DNA of 64,000 nucleotides from Burkholderiales bacterium (GTDB lineage: Bacteria; Pseudomonadota; Gammaproteobacteria; Burkholderiales; SHXO01): positions 14,772-78,771 of the forward strand of contig DAIQQA010000005.1 in the NCBI GenBank assembly GCA_036787045.1, read 5' to 3'. Shown in pieces: positions 1 to 13,627 of this stretch. The notes under the pieces were generated by a model. That model worked only from the letters and a program-made list of their open reading frames with translations, was not told where the DNA came from and searched no databases. Position numbers and translations under genes: made by a program. Positions within the stretch are counted from its first letter, which is position 1. Each line of letters opens with the position of its first letter.

Positions 1-96
1 AAGGAGAACGAGGAACAGTTCCTCTACGAGGACATGAAGAACGACGCGATCGACCAGTTGCTGCGTCGGCTGGCCACCGCGCAAGTGCCGGCCTGA
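1..96 (+). CDS. 3' end of an unidentified CDS entering from upstream
   Basis: Frame 1 open from base 1 to TGA at 94-96 (...[14 protein letters not shown]). Only 31 codons visible, so no family assignment. Confidence 0.3.
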   Translation, partial: KENEEQFLYEDMKNDAIDQLLRRLATAQVPA

Positions 97-112
97 CACC
101 GCAGCAGGCCCG

Positions 113-1252
113 ATGCAGACGCTGGCTTCGCCCGGTTCAGTCGGGATCGTCACGCCGCACGTTGCCCGGTTCGTGGAGCCGGTCAGGCTGCGAAGCGGGG
201 CGACGGTCGACAGCTACGAGCTGGTCTACGAGACCTACGGCACGCTCAACGCGCAGCGCAGCAACGCCGTGCTCGTCTGTCACGCGCTCAACGCTTCTCA
301 TCATGTTGCCGGTGTTTCCGCCGACAGCCCCAAGGACATCGGCTGGTGGGACAACCTGGTTGGGCCCGGCAAGCCGCTCGACACCAACCGCTTCTTTGTC
401 GTCGGTGTGAACAACCTAGGTGGCTGCCACGGCTCGACGGGGCCCGCCAGCCTCAACCCGGCGACCGGCCGTCCGTGGGGCGCAGACTTCCCCCTGGTTA
501 CCGTCGAGGACTGGGTGGAGGTGCAAGCGCGGCTTGCCGATCGGTTGGGCATCGAGCGCTTCGCCGCAATCATGGGTGGCAGCCTGGGCGCAATGCAGGC
601 ATTGCAGTGGGCCATGAGCTATCCCGACCGCGTCGGCCATTCGCTGGTGATTGCGGCCGCACCCAAGCTTTCCGCCCAGAACATCGCATTCAACGAAGTC
701 GCCCGGCAGGCGATCACCACCGATCCGGACTTTCACGGCGGCGACTACTACGCACACAACGTCGTGCCGAGACGGGGGCTGCGGCTGGCGCGCATGCTCG
801 GCCATATCACCTATCTGTCGGACGACGCCATGGCCGAGAAGTTCGGGCGGGCGCTGCGCACCGGTTCGATCAAGTTCAACTTCGACGTCGAGTTCGAAAT
901 CGAATCGTACCTGCGCTACCAGGGCGACAAGTTCGCCGAGTACTTCGACGCCAACACCTATCTGCGCATCACCAAAGCGCTCGATTACTTCGACCCTGCC
1001 GCGGATTTCGGTGGCGATCTGGCCAGGGCCCTGTCGCGTGCCAAAGCGTGCTTCCTGGTCGTGTCGTTTACGTCCGACTGGCGCTTCTCGCCGGCGCGCT
1101 CGCGCGAGATCGTCAAGGCGCTGGTGCACAACAAGCTGCCGGTGTCCTATGCAGAGATCGACGCGCCGCACGGCCACGACGCTTTTCTGATGGACGACCC
1201 GCGCTACCACGGCGTGCTGCGGGCCTACTTCGACACGATGGATGTCGAGTGA
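113..1252 (+). CDS. metX: homoserine O-acyltransferase (MetX family)
   Basis: 379-aa ORF, ATG at 113. Alpha/beta-hydrolase nucleophile elbow [12 protein letters not shown] and C-terminal HGHDAFL typical of MetX. Overlapping metW follows, as in the conserved metXW pair. Confidence 0.9.
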   Translation: MQTLASPGSVGIVTPHVARFVEPVRLRSGATVDSYELVYETYGTLNAQRSNAVLVCHALNASHHVAGVSADSPKDIGWWDNLVGPGKPLDTNRFFVVGVNNLGGCHGSTGPASLNPATGRPWGADFPLVTVEDWVEVQARLADRLGIERFAAIMGGSLGAMQALQWAMSYPDRVGHSLVIAAAPKLSAQNIAFNEVARQAITTDPDFHGGDYYAHNVVPRRGLRLARMLGHITYLSDDAMAEKFGRALRTGSIKFNFDVEFEIESYLRYQGDKFAEYFDANTYLRITKALDYFDPAADFGGDLARALSRAKACFLVVSFTSDWRFSPARSREIVKALVHNKLPVSYAEIDAPHGHDAFLMDDPRYHGVLRAYFDTMDVE

Positions 1253-1883
1253 GGGCATGAGCGCTCCTGGGCAAAGCCACGGCACGCTGTCGGGCCGCCC
1301 CGACTTCGATGCCATCGCCGGCTGGATCCGCCCCGGCGCGCACGTGCTCGATCTGGGCTGCGCGGATGGTTCCCTGCTGCGCTTCCTGCGCGAAGCTCGC
1401 AACGCCAGCGGCTACGGCATCGAGATCGACGACGCCAGGATCATCGCCAGCGTGCGCAACGGCGTGAACGTGATTCAGAGTGACCTGGAGTCAGGGCTAT
1501 CCGGCTTCGAGTCCGGCTCCTTCGACTACGTGATCCTGTCGCAGACGCTGCAGGCGGTGCGCCACACCGAGCGGATCGTCAAGGAGATGCTGCGAGTCGG
1601 GCGCGAAGGGATCGTTACCTTTCCCAACTTCGGCTTCTGGCGGCATCGCCTGCAGATCGTGGGCGGGCGCATGCCGGTGTCCAAGCACTTGCCCTACCAG
1701 TGGTACGACACGCCCAACGTGCACCTGTTCACCATCCGCGACTTCGAGGTGTTCTGCGCGGAGCACGACCTGCACGTCCTCGAGCGCATCGTGATGAAGG
1801 AGGACGGGCAGCGCATCTCCCTCCTGCCCAACCTGCTGGGCGCGCTCGCGGTCTATCGGTTCAATTCGGAGCGCCCGGATTAG
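1242..1883 (+). CDS. metW: methionine biosynthesis protein MetW
   Basis: 213-aa ORF overlapping the metX stop by 11 nt. [28 protein letters not shown] matches the MetW N-terminus with a SAM-MTase-like GxG motif. Start could instead be ATG 1257. Confidence 0.85.
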   Translation: MSSEGMSAPGQSHGTLSGRPDFDAIAGWIRPGAHVLDLGCADGSLLRFLREARNASGYGIEIDDARIIASVRNGVNVIQSDLESGLSGFESGSFDYVILSQTLQAVRHTERIVKEMLRVGREGIVTFPNFGFWRHRLQIVGGRMPVSKHLPYQWYDTPNVHLFTIRDFEVFCAEHDLHVLERIVMKEDGQRISLLPNLLGALAVYRFNSERPD

Positions 1884-3264
1884 GCGCGGGCGAAGCAGCC
1901 GGCTGAGTCTGGCGTGCGGCCGCCAGCACCAGCAGCATCACGGGCAGGCCGAGGACAGCGGTGGCTACGAAGAAGGACTGGTACCCGAAGTGGTCGACCA
2001 CCCATCCCGACCAGCCCGCCACAAACTTTGGCAGAAGCAGCATGAGCGAGCTGAACAGGGCGTACTGGGTCGCCGAGTAGGCTACGTTGGTCAGCCCGGA
2101 CAGATAACCCACGAAAGCGGCACTGGCAATTCCGGCGCTCAGGTTGTCCGCGGAGATGACCAGCACCAGCATCGGCAGATCGTGGCCCCGCACGGAAAGC
2201 CAGGCGAACAGCAGGTTCGTGGCCGCAGACAGCAGCGCGCCGAGGAACAGCACGCGCATGACTCCCAGGCGCAAGCTGAGTAGACCGCCGATCCCGGCCC
2301 CGACAAGTGTCATCACTACCCCATACACCCCGGACACCGCGGCCACCTCATCCTTGGTGTAGCCCATGTCCCGGTAGAACGGGTTGGACATCACACCCAG
2401 CACGATGTCGGAGATTCGGTAGCTGCCGATCAGTGCCAGGAGCAGCACCGCTTGCCAGCGATAGCGCAGCACGAAATCCAGGAACGGGCTCGCGACCGCC
2501 GAGTAGAACCAGGCAAACACGCGCACTAGCGGGCGCGGCAGCGCTGTGGAGGTCAACCGGGCGGCAGTCCGTTGCTCGCGGTCCAGGGTCTCGGGTGACA
2601 CGGTCGCTGCGGGCTCCCGGGAGAGCATTACGGTCAGCACGCCCACGGCCATGCACGCCGCCATGACCAGATAAGCGGCCGTCCACGGCGCGTGCTGGTA
2701 GGTGCTCTCGTCCGGGTCGACGGCGGCCGCGATCCACAGCGCACCCGCAGAGGCGGAGATCATAGCGGCCCGATATCCCACCTGATAGCTGGCAGCCATC
2801 GCGGCCTGCAGGGAGACTCCGGCGGACTCAATGCGAAACGCGTCCAGCGCGATATCCTGGGTGGCCGACGCGAATGCTGTAAGCAGCGCGAAGGCCACCA
2901 ACGTGTGCAAATGGGTCGCGGGATCCGTTGCCGCCATCCCGACCAGACCGCCGATAATGCCCAGCTGTGCGAGCAGTAGCCAGCTGCGGCGCCGCCCCAG
3001 CGCATGGGTAAGCAGGGGCAGCCGCAGCCGGTCCACCAGCGGAGCCCATGCCCACTTGAACCCGTACGCGAGCCCGACCCAGCTCAAGAAGCCGATGGTC
3101 GTGCGATCGATCCCGGCTTCGCGCAAGCGATAGGACAGGGTGCCCAGGACCAGTAGCAAGGGCAGCCCGGCGGAAAAGCCCAGCAGCAGCATCCGTGCTA
3201 CGCGCGGCTCTGCATAGACGCGCAGATCGTCGCGCCACCGGCGTACGGGCGGCCTGAGGCTCAC
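1861..3264 (-). CDS. ampG: AmpG-family muropeptide MFS permease
   Basis: 467-aa polytopic ORF, GTG start at 3264. N-terminus RVARMLLLGFSAGLPLLLV and overall layout typical of AmpG. 3' end overlaps the metW 3' end by 23 nt (convergent). Confidence 0.8.
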   Translation of the reverse strand: MSLRPPVRRWRDDLRVYAEPRVARMLLLGFSAGLPLLLVLGTLSYRLREAGIDRTTIGFLSWVGLAYGFKWAWAPLVDRLRLPLLTHALGRRRSWLLLAQLGIIGGLVGMAATDPATHLHTLVAFALLTAFASATQDIALDAFRIESAGVSLQAAMAASYQVGYRAAMISASAGALWIAAAVDPDESTYQHAPWTAAYLVMAACMAVGVLTVMLSREPAATVSPETLDREQRTAARLTSTALPRPLVRVFAWFYSAVASPFLDFVLRYRWQAVLLLALIGSYRISDIVLGVMSNPFYRDMGYTKDEVAAVSGVYGVVMTLVGAGIGGLLSLRLGVMRVLFLGALLSAATNLLFAWLSVRGHDLPMLVLVISADNLSAGIASAAFVGYLSGLTNVAYSATQYALFSSLMLLLPKFVAGWSGWVVDHFGYQSFFVATAVLGLPVMLLVLAAARQTQPAASPAPNPGAPN

Positions 3265-3434
3265 CGCGCGTCTCGCGTGTGGTTACGGCGCATGCACCGG
3301 CCAGTTGGAAGCCATGTTGCGAGCGCCCACGGGTCTGCTGGTCGCTCCGCCGGCGCGCAGCCAGCTGAGTGGTCGTACCGGGTCATTGGTCTGGACGCCT
3401 AATCGGGCGTTTGGCCATCGTCCTTTAGCAGGTG

Positions 3435-4208
3435 CTAAAGCGCGTAGTCGTAGTCTATGGTGAGCGGCGCGTGATCGGAGAAGCGTTTAGCCTTGTAGAT
3501 CGATGCCGATCTGGCCTTCGCTGCGATCCCGGGGGTGGCGATCTGGTAGTCCAGGCGCCAGCCCACGTTCTTGGCCCAGGCCTGGCCGCGGTTGGACCAC
3601 CAGGTGTATTGCTCTGGGCGCGAGTCGAGACGGCGGAACACATCCACATAGCCCAGGTACTCGAACACGCCCGACAGCCAGGCCCGTTCTTCGGGCAGGA
3701 AGCCGGGGTTCTTCTGATTCGAGCGCCAGTTCTTCAGGTCGATCTCCTTGTGCGCGATGTTCCAGTCCCCGCAGATGATGACCTCCTGCCCGCTGCGCGC
3801 GAGCCGGTGGAGCGGCTCGATCACGCGCTCGAGGAAGCTGAACTTGATGGCCAGCCGCTCCTCGGAGCTGGAGCCGGACGGAACATAGAAGGAGACCACG
3901 CTCAACTTGCCGAAACGTGCTTCCAGGTAGCGGCCTTCGGCGTCGATGTCGGGGATGCCCAGGCCTTCTACCACGGCGTCGGGCGCGCGCCTGCAGTACA
4001 GGCCCACGCCGCTATAGCCCGGATGCTGGGCGAAGTGAAAGCAACTCCGATAGGCGTCGGGTGCGCGCATCGGCGGTGTGAGGTCAGCGGCCTGTGCTTT
4101 GACTTCCTGCACGCACACCACGTCGGCCTGCTGCCAACCGAGCCAGTGCAGGAATCCCTTGTTGACCGCGGAGCGGATGCCGTTAAGATTGAGCGTGATG
4201 ATACGCAC
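3435..4208 (-). CDS. xthA: exodeoxyribonuclease III
   Basis: 257 aa. [14 protein letters not shown]-terminus, QEVK, and C-terminal SDHAPL motif of the EEP/ExoIII family. GTG start at 4208. Confidence 0.9.
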   Translation of the reverse strand: MRIITLNLNGIRSAVNKGFLHWLGWQQADVVCVQEVKAQAADLTPPMRAPDAYRSCFHFAQHPGYSGVGLYCRRAPDAVVEGLGIPDIDAEGRYLEARFGKLSVVSFYVPSGSSSEERLAIKFSFLERVIEPLHRLARSGQEVIICGDWNIAHKEIDLKNWRSNQKNPGFLPEERAWLSGVFEYLGYVDVFRRLDSRPEQYTWWSNRGQAWAKNVGWRLDYQIATPGIAAKARSASIYKAKRFSDHAPLTIDYDYAL

Positions 4209-4215
4209 GCGCGCG

Positions 4216-4878
4216 ATGGACGATCAGGAATTCAGGCAGGAGTTTATCCAGTTCGCACTGGAGCGCCAGGTGCTACGCTTCGGCGAGTTCAAGACCAAGG
4301 CGGGTCGGCTGTCGCCGTATTTCTTCAATGCCGGCCTGTTCAATGACGGGGAAGCGCTGCGAACGCTGGGGCAATTCTACGCGAAAGCCATCCTGGCATC
4401 GGCAATCGAGTTCGATCTGCTGTTCGGCCCCGCGTACAAGGGCATCCCACTGGTAACGGCAGCCGCGATCGCACTCGCGGAGCACGGCCGCACCCTGCCC
4501 ATCTGCTTCAACCGCAAGGAGGCCAAGGACCACGGCGAGGGCGGCGTGACGATCGGGGCAGCGCTCGCAGGGCGAGTGCTGATCGTGGACGACGTCATCT
4601 CAGCCGGGACCTCGGTGCGTGAATCCGTCGATCTCATCCGTGGCGGGGGCGCGGTCCCCGCAGGAGTGGTCATCGCCCTGGACAGAATGGAGCGAGGCGC
4701 CGGCCCGCTTTCTGCGGTCCAGGAGGTTCGGCAGACTTATCAGATACCTGTGGTCAGTATCGCAACTCTTGACGATCTTGTGGCCTATCTCCAGCAGCGG
4801 GGAGCAATGGCACGCGAGTTGCAGATGGTCGAGGACTATCGCCATCTGTACGGAGTTGCAGGCCATGTACCGTCGTAG
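4216..4878 (+). CDS. pyrE: orotate phosphoribosyltransferase
   Basis: Internal ATG at 4216 of ORF 4078..4878 gives [44 protein letters not shown]-binding loop [13 protein letters not shown]. Confidence 0.9.
   Translation: MDDQEFRQEFIQFALERQVLRFGEFKTKAGRLSPYFFNAGLFNDGEALRTLGQFYAKAILASAIEFDLLFGPAYKGIPLVTAAAIALAEHGRTLPICFNRKEAKDHGEGGVTIGAALAGRVLIVDDVISAGTSVRESVDLIRGGGAVPAGVVIALDRMERGAGPLSAVQEVRQTYQIPVVSIATLDDLVAYLQQRGAMARELQMVEDYRHLYGVAGHVPS
4808..4823 (+). promoter_or_regulatory. candidate sigma54 (-24/-12) promoter inside the pyrE 3' end
   Basis: Exact TGGCAC-gcgag-TTGCA at 4808-4823. GGAG at 4852-4855 and ATG at 4865 of the downstream DUF4124 gene follow at sensible distances. Confidence 0.4.
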
Positions 4879-5560
4879 CTCGTTCCCCGTCATTCTTGCT
4901 CTGGCGGTGTGTCTTGCCGTGCCGGGTGTGGTGGGTGCAGCCCAGCCCAAGGCCAAGGCCAAGACCCAGGCGCCCAAATCCGGCCAGACCGCTAAGCGCG
5001 CGGGCCAGATCTACAAGTGGGTGGACGAAGACGGTGTGACGCACTACGGCCAGGCCATCCCGCCCGAGTACCGTGACAATGCGGCCGAGGAGATGAACCG
5101 CAATGGCATGACGGTGCGCCAGATCGAGCCGGCGACTACTCCTGAGGAGCGCCGGGCGCTGGAGGAGAAAGCGCAGCGGGAGATGGAAGAGCAGAAGCGC
5201 CTCGCCGAGCAGCGGCGCCGGGACCGGGCCCTGATCAATACCTATGGCAGCGCGCAGGAGATCGATGCTGCCCGCGAACGCAACCTTGCGCTGCCCACCC
5301 AGACCCTGCGCAACCTGGACCCGCATCTGAAGAAGGCCCAGGCGCGCCTGGCCAAGCTGCAGGCCCAGCGCGACGAACTGGCCAAGACCGGCAAGCCCGT
5401 CCCGGAATACCTGGTCGAGGACATCGAAGCCCAGCAGCTGGAGGTGCAGACGCTGCGCAACGATATGGATCGGCAGGCCGCACAGATTACCGCGATCAAG
5501 ACCCGCTACGACGCAGACCGCAAGCGCTTCATCGAGCTGACCGAGCTGCGGCCGCAGTGA
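4865..5560 (+). CDS. DUF4124 domain-containing exported coiled-coil protein
   Basis: ATG 4865 (overlaps the pyrE end by 14 nt). Signal-like [38 protein letters not shown] motif typical of DUF4124. Long charged helical C-terminal region. Confidence 0.7.
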   Translation: MYRRSSFPVILALAVCLAVPGVVGAAQPKAKAKTQAPKSGQTAKRAGQIYKWVDEDGVTHYGQAIPPEYRDNAAEEMNRNGMTVRQIEPATTPEERRALEEKAQREMEEQKRLAEQRRRDRALINTYGSAQEIDAARERNLALPTQTLRNLDPHLKKAQARLAKLQAQRDELAKTGKPVPEYLVEDIEAQQLEVQTLRNDMDRQAAQITAIKTRYDADRKRFIELTELRPQ

Positions 5561-5569
5561 CCTGCCGGT

Positions 5570-7015
<1,446 letters not shown>

Positions 7016-7021
7016 ATCGCT

Positions 7022-8476
7022 TTACTCGAAGCCGCGCGGCACGCGCTGGTGCCAGTCCGTGGCCTGCTGATACCGGTGCGCCACGCCCAGCAGGCGTGCC
7101 TCCTGGAAGTGGTTCGCGATCAGTTGCAGACCCACCGGCCGCCCCTTCGGGTTGAATCCGCAGGGGACGCTCATACCGGGGAGACCGGCGAGGCTGCCTG
7201 GAACGGTGTAGAGGTCGGAGAGGTACATTGCGACCGGATCCGCGGTCTTCTCGCCCAGGTCGAATGCGACGCTCGGCGCGACTGGACCGGCGATGATGTC
7301 GCAGGTCCGAAAGGCCTCTTCGAAGTCGCGCGAGATCAGCCGACGAACCTGCTGCGCCTTGAGGTAGTAGGCGTCGTAGTACCCGTGCGATAGCACATAG
7401 GTGCCGACCAGGATGCGGCGCTTGGCTTCCGGCCCGAAACCCTCCGCACGGGAGCGGCTCATCATGTCGATGAGGTCTTCGTACCGCTCGGCACGATGGC
7501 CGTAGCGCACGCCGTCGAACCGGCTCAGGTTGGACGAGCACTCCGCAGGCGCGATGACGTAATAGACCGGGATACCGAGACGAACGTTGGGCAGCGTGAC
7601 GTCGACCAGGCGCGCGCCCAGCTGCTCCAGCTCAGTCAGGGCAGCGCGGATCGCCCGCTCCACGTCCGCGTCCAGGCCAGGCCCAAAGAATTCAAGGGGC
7701 ACACCGACACGCAGCCCTTTCACCCCCCCATTCAACTCGCGCGTGAAGTCTTCGGGCGGACGCTCGAGGCTGGTGGAATCCTTGGGATCGAACCCCAGCA
7801 TGGCGTTGAAGATCAGCGCGGCATCTTCGGCCGAGTGCGTCAGGACTCCGGCTTGGTCGAGGCTGGACGCGAAGGCAATCATGCCCCAGCGGGACGCGCG
7901 CCCGTAGGTGGGCTTGATGCCGCTGATGCCGGAAAAGGCGGCCGGCTCCCGGATCGATCCACCGGTATCAGTGGCAGTGGCAGCGGGTGTCAGACGCGCC
8001 GCCACTGCCGCGGCCGAGCCCCCCGAGCTGCCTCCCGGGACGGCCGTCTTATCCCAAGGATTCAATACGTTGCCGTAGTAACTGTTCTCGTTGCTGGAGC
8101 CCATCGCGAACTCGTCGCAGTTGAGCTTGCCCAGCGTCACCATGCCCGCCTGCCCGAGGCGCTCCACCACCGTGGCGTCGAAGGGGCTCATGTAGCCCTT
8201 GAGCATCCGGGATCCCGCAGTCGAGCAGAAGTAGCGGGTTACAAAGATGTCCTTGTGCGCGACCGGCACGCCGGTCAGGGGCCCGGCCTCGCCCCGGGCG
8301 ATGCGGTCATCCGCGGCGCGGGCCTGCGCGAGGGTCACCTCGGGACGCACGTCGAGGAAGGCGTTGAGATCGGGGTGCTTCTGGATACGGGCGAGGTAGA
8401 GCTGGGCCAGCTCGACAGCGGAGATCTCCCGCGAGGCGAGGGTGCGGCCGAGCGCGGCCACCGAAGCGAGGTGCAT
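7022..8476 (-). CDS. gatA: Asp/Glu-tRNA(Asn/Gln) amidotransferase subunit A
   Basis: Amidase signature [12 protein letters not shown]. Start taken at the internal ATG ([10 protein letters not shown]...) at 8476 rather than the ORF top at 8521. Confidence 0.92.
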   Translation of the reverse strand: MHLASVAALGRTLASREISAVELAQLYLARIQKHPDLNAFLDVRPEVTLAQARAADDRIARGEAGPLTGVPVAHKDIFVTRYFCSTAGSRMLKGYMSPFDATVVERLGQAGMVTLGKLNCDEFAMGSSNENSYYGNVLNPWDKTAVPGGSSGGSAAAVAARLTPAATATDTGGSIREPAAFSGISGIKPTYGRASRWGMIAFASSLDQAGVLTHSAEDAALIFNAMLGFDPKDSTSLERPPEDFTRELNGGVKGLRVGVPLEFFGPGLDADVERAIRAALTELEQLGARLVDVTLPNVRLGIPVYYVIAPAECSSNLSRFDGVRYGHRAERYEDLIDMMSRSRAEGFGPEAKRRILVGTYVLSHGYYDAYYLKAQQVRRLISRDFEEAFRTCDIIAGPVAPSVAFDLGEKTADPVAMYLSDLYTVPGSLAGLPGMSVPCGFNPKGRPVGLQLIANHFQEARLLGVAHRYQQATDWHQRVPRGFE

Positions 8477-8486
8477 CCCCGTCCCT

Positions 8487-8774
8487 CTACTCGATGACCT
8501 TGGGGACCAGGAACAGTCCATCCTGCTGGGCGGGGGCGTTGCGCATGTTGGCGACGCGCTCGTCGCGCTCGGTCACCACATCCTCACGCAGGCGTTGAAC
8601 ACCGCCGACCGGGTGCGACATGGGTTCGATGCCGGCGGTGTCAACCGAGCGCATCTGCTCGATCAGGGCGAACAACCCGCCCAGTTGCTCGAGCACCTGT
8701 CCGGCTTCCTCGTCGGTGACCGAAAGCCGGGACAGCAGAGCGATGCGTTTGACATCGTCGAGAGTCAGAGCCAT
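8487..8774 (-). CDS. gatC: Asp/Glu-tRNA(Asn/Gln) amidotransferase subunit C
   Basis: Start at [18 protein letters not shown] (8774). About 95 aa, immediately upstream of gatA. Confidence 0.85.
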   Translation of the reverse strand: MALTLDDVKRIALLSRLSVTDEEAGQVLEQLGGLFALIEQMRSVDTAGIEPMSHPVGGVQRLREDVVTERDERVANMRNAPAQQDGLFLVPKVIE

Positions 8775-8907
8775 TGGCGAGACAGCGGTCAGGGAGTGTA
8801 GGCGCGCAGCAAACCAGCCGCTACGAAAGCCCGCCGCCGCGCCAGGCACGGCACCCTCAAGGTTACTTTCGTGGCGCCCGATAACTGCGCTATTATAACC
8901 GCTTTAA

Positions 8908-10005
<1,098 letters not shown>

Positions 10006-10231
10006 CAGGGACAGACGCACCCGTGTGCGCCGGCCGGGAGGTGTCCGGCACGAGCCGGATCGATCGTTCGCAAGCCCGACCCCTGTGCGCAGACCCGGCG
10101 ACCCACCGCAGCGCATTTGTCGCAACACGCGTGGCTGTTGCCACGAGGACCATGTGGCGGGGAGCCCGCTGCGCGCACGATCAGGCACGCTGGGAAAGCT
10201 GACCACACCGCTGGCCGGTCCTGTCTGAGCG

Positions 10232-11134
10232 ATGGAATACGCCCCCCCTCCTTTCTTCAAGCACGGTCCGAGCCTACTCACCCGTTTCGCGTTCTTCTCG
10301 CTGCTGTCGATCACCCTGCTGGTGGCCGATGTGCGCTTCGGGTATCTGCACGTGGTTCAGCAGGCCGTCGGCGTCGTGATCTACCCGTTGCAGCGGCTGG
10401 CGACCTTGCCCGGCACTCTCGCCCAGCGCATCGGCGAATTCTTCGTCACCCACGCCCGGCTCGAGCGCGAGAACGAGCAGCTCAAGCGCCAGACTCTGCT
10501 GGACGCGGCTGTGCTGCAGAACCAGCAGGCGGTTGCAGCCGAGAACCAGCACCTGCGCGAGATGCTGGGGCTGCGTGGACGCATCCCGCGAGATGCCATC
10601 GGTGCGGAGATCGTGTACGCGCCGCGCGATCCGTTCACACGCCGGGTGGTGGTCGACAAGGGGTTCCAGCACGGGGTGAAGGCCGGGCAAGCGGTCGTCG
10701 ACCACATCGGCGTGGTGGGCCAGGTTACCCGTGTGTTCCCCTGGCTGTCCGAGGTCACGCTGGTAACCGACAAGGAGCAAGCGGTGCCGATCCAGGTTCT
10801 GCGCAGCGGGCTGCGCGGGGTGACCTTCGGCATCGGCTACGACGGCGCGCTGGAGCTGCGTTTCATGCCGGTGAATGCCGATATCCAGAACGGCGATGTG
10901 CTGGTGACCTCCGGCCTCGACGGCACCTATCCGTCCGGCTTGCCGGTCGCGGTGGTGTCCAACATCGAGCGCAACGCTGCTTACGCGTTCGCCCGCATCA
11001 CGTGCACGCCTGCGGCCGCGGTCGGCAACTTCGGCCAGGTGCTGATCCTCTCCGGTGACGACGGGTTTCCCGCTATGCCTTCCACGCAGGAGGCGGGTGG
11101 CAAGGCGCGCAAAGCCAGAAAGGGGGGCGAGTGA
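10232..11134 (+). CDS. mreC: rod shape-determining protein MreC
   Basis: 300 aa. N-terminal TM segment, coiled coil (ENEQLKRQ), then beta-domain region. Sits between mreB and mreD. Confidence 0.85.
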   Translation: MEYAPPPFFKHGPSLLTRFAFFSLLSITLLVADVRFGYLHVVQQAVGVVIYPLQRLATLPGTLAQRIGEFFVTHARLERENEQLKRQTLLDAAVLQNQQAVAAENQHLREMLGLRGRIPRDAIGAEIVYAPRDPFTRRVVVDKGFQHGVKAGQAVVDHIGVVGQVTRVFPWLSEVTLVTDKEQAVPIQVLRSGLRGVTFGIGYDGALELRFMPVNADIQNGDVLVTSGLDGTYPSGLPVAVVSNIERNAAYAFARITCTPAAAVGNFGQVLILSGDDGFPAMPSTQEAGGKARKARKGGE

Positions 11135-11661
11135 TCCGGCTGCAGTCCGGCGGCGGCAGCCCGCCCGAGATCTTGCGGCCGGTGAGGATCGGCTATATCG
11201 GGCTCACGCTGCTGGCGGCGCTGCTGGTCAACCTGGTTGCGTTGCCGGGATCTCTGCAGCTGCTGCGCCCGGACTTCATCGCGCTCACGCTCATCTACTG
11301 GGTCGTGTACCATCCACGTCGGGTGGGCTTCCTGCCCGCGTGGCTCCTCGGTTTGGCGATGGACGTGGCCGATGGGAGCCTGTTCGGCCAGCATGCGCTG
11401 GCCTACGCAGTGATGATGTATCTGGCGATCCTGCTCCACCGCCGCATTGTCATGTTCGGGATGCGGCATCAGGTCCTGCATGTGCTGGCGATCCTGGGCG
11501 CGGCCCAGCTGGTCATGTTGCTGGTGCGCGTCATGGCTGGCGCGGGGTTCCCCGGCCCGCTGTACTTCGCGCCCAGCATCCTCGGCGCGTTGCTGTGGCC
11601 AGCCTTGTCCAGCCTGATCCGTATTCCGTTGCGCCCGCGCACGGATCCCGACGCCGTGTGA
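11131..11661 (+). CDS. mreD: rod shape-determining protein MreD
   Basis: 176-aa polytopic membrane ORF. GTG start overlaps the mreC stop (GTGA). Confidence 0.8.
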   Translation: MIRLQSGGGSPPEILRPVRIGYIGLTLLAALLVNLVALPGSLQLLRPDFIALTLIYWVVYHPRRVGFLPAWLLGLAMDVADGSLFGQHALAYAVMMYLAILLHRRIVMFGMRHQVLHVLAILGAAQLVMLLVRVMAGAGFPGPLYFAPSILGALLWPALSSLIRIPLRPRTDPDAV

Positions 11662-11668
11662 CGCCGCC

Positions 11669-13627
11669 GTGAGGCTGTTCCGCCGATTCGCTGGCCGCGT
11701 GGACACCGCACCCATTGTGCTGGCGGGTGCGCGCCGGGCCGAGCTGCGCGATCATCAGAAGGAGCTGCGCAACTTCCAAGTGCGCCTGGCGGTATCCGCC
11801 GGGCTGGTGCTGGCGATGTTCAGTGTCCTGCTCACCCGCTTCGTCTATTTGCAGGTGCTGCAGCACGACTACTACCACACGCTGGCGGAGAACAACCGCA
11901 TCTCGATCGTGCCGATCATTCCCAACCGGGGGCTCATCCTCGATCGCAACGGCGCGGTGCTGGCGCACAACTACGCGGCCTACACGCTGGAGATCACGCC
12001 CAACAAGGCCACCGAGCTGGACGCCCTGATCGACGACCTTGCGCAGGTGGTGGAGATCACCCCGCGCGACCGTAAGCGCTTTCGCAAGCTGCTCGACGAG
12101 GGCCACGACTTCGCCAGCCTGCCGGTCCGCACGCGGCTCAACGACCAGGAGGTCGCACGGTTCGCCGTGAACAAGTACCGTTTCCCCGGCGTGGACATCC
12201 GCGCGCGGCTGTTCCGGCACTATCCGAATGGAGAGGTGGCTTCGCATGTCCTGGGCTACATCGGGCGTCTCACACAGGTCGACGTCGACCGCCTGAAAGC
12301 CGAGGGGGCGGCGGCCAACTACACCGGGTCGGATTTCATCGGCAAGGCCGGGGTCGAGGGGCGCTACGAGCGCGCGCTGCATGGCACCACCGGATTCGAG
12401 GAGGTGGAGACCGATGCCGGTGGGCGCGCGGTGCGCACCCTGCGCAGCACCCTGCCGGTGTCCGGCAACAACCTGCTGCTGTCGCTGGATGCGCGCCTGC
12501 AGGACGTTGCCGAGCGCGCCTTCGGCGATCGGCGCGGGGCACTGATTGCCATCGAGCCCTCCACCGGCGGCGTGCTGGCGCTGGTGAGCAAGCCCGGCTA
12601 CGACCCCAACCTGTTCGTCGACGGCATCGACCCGCAGAACTGGGAGATGCTCAACAACTCCCCGGACCATCCGCTCAACAACCGCGCGCTACAGGGCGTA
12701 TACCCGCCAGGCTCGACGTTCAAGCCGTTCATGGCCATGGCTGCGCTCGAGCTCGGCAAGCGCTCGCCGCGCTATACCATTGCCGACCCCGGCTATTTCG
12801 CGCTGGGCGGGGCAGGCGGTCACCGCTGGCGCGACTGGAAGGCTGGCGGCCACGGCATGGTCGACATGCACAAATCCATCGTGGTGTCCTGCGATACCTA
12901 CTACTACGGGCTGGCTCATGAACTGGGTGTCGATAACATCCACAGCTTCATCAGCAAGTTGGGCTTCGGCGCCAAGACCGGCATCGATATCGACGGCGAG
13001 GTCGCCGGGCTGTTGCCCTCGCAGGACTGGAAGATGCGCCGCTTCAAGCAGAAGTGGTTCGTCGGGGACACCATCTCGGTGGGCATCGGGCAGGGCTACA
13101 ACCTTGCCACGCCCATGCAGCTCGCCTTTGCGACGTCAATCCTGGCCAACAACGGTGTGACGTTCCGCCCGCACATCGTGCGTCACATCCAGAACAGCCA
13201 GACCAATGAGCTGACCAGCATCGAGGTCGAGCCAATCGGCACGGTGCCACTGCGCCCGGAGAACCTGGCATTGGTAAGGGAGGCGATGGTCGATGTGACG
13301 CGGCCGGGAGGCACGGCGGCGTGGGCCGGCGCCGGAGCGACCTACAAGATCGCCGGCAAGACCGGCACTGCCCAGGTGATCGCGATGAAGCAGAACGAGC
13401 GCTACGACGAGAAACGGGTGCACGAGCGCCACCGCGACCATTCGCTGTTCATCGCCTTCGCGCCCGCCGACGCCCCGACCATTGCGCTGGGGATTCTGGT
13501 GGAAAATGGCGGCCATGGCAGCACGGCGGCGGCACCGATCGCGCGCAAGGTGATGGACTTCTACCTGCTGGGCAAGGAACCGGAGATCACGCCGGCCAGC
13601 AGCAAAGAGGAGCCGGAAGGTGATTAA
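11669..13627 (+). CDS. mrdA: penicillin-binding protein 2 (elongasome transpeptidase)
   Basis: 652 aa. SxxK (GSTFKP), SxD/N (SCD) and KTG (KTGTAQ) motifs. GTG start at 11669 is uncertain. Confidence 0.9.
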   Translation: MRLFRRFAGRVDTAPIVLAGARRAELRDHQKELRNFQVRLAVSAGLVLAMFSVLLTRFVYLQVLQHDYYHTLAENNRISIVPIIPNRGLILDRNGAVLAHNYAAYTLEITPNKATELDALIDDLAQVVEITPRDRKRFRKLLDEGHDFASLPVRTRLNDQEVARFAVNKYRFPGVDIRARLFRHYPNGEVASHVLGYIGRLTQVDVDRLKAEGAAANYTGSDFIGKAGVEGRYERALHGTTGFEEVETDAGGRAVRTLRSTLPVSGNNLLLSLDARLQDVAERAFGDRRGALIAIEPSTGGVLALVSKPGYDPNLFVDGIDPQNWEMLNNSPDHPLNNRALQGVYPPGSTFKPFMAMAALELGKRSPRYTIADPGYFALGGAGGHRWRDWKAGGHGMVDMHKSIVVSCDTYYYGLAHELGVDNIHSFISKLGFGAKTGIDIDGEVAGLLPSQDWKMRRFKQKWFVGDTISVGIGQGYNLATPMQLAFATSILANNGVTFRPHIVRHIQNSQTNELTSIEVEPIGTVPLRPENLALVREAMVDVTRPGGTAAWAGAGATYKIAGKTGTAQVIAMKQNERYDEKRVHERHRDHSLFIAFAPADAPTIALGILVENGGHGSTAAAPIARKVMDFYLLGKEPEITPASSKEEPEGD

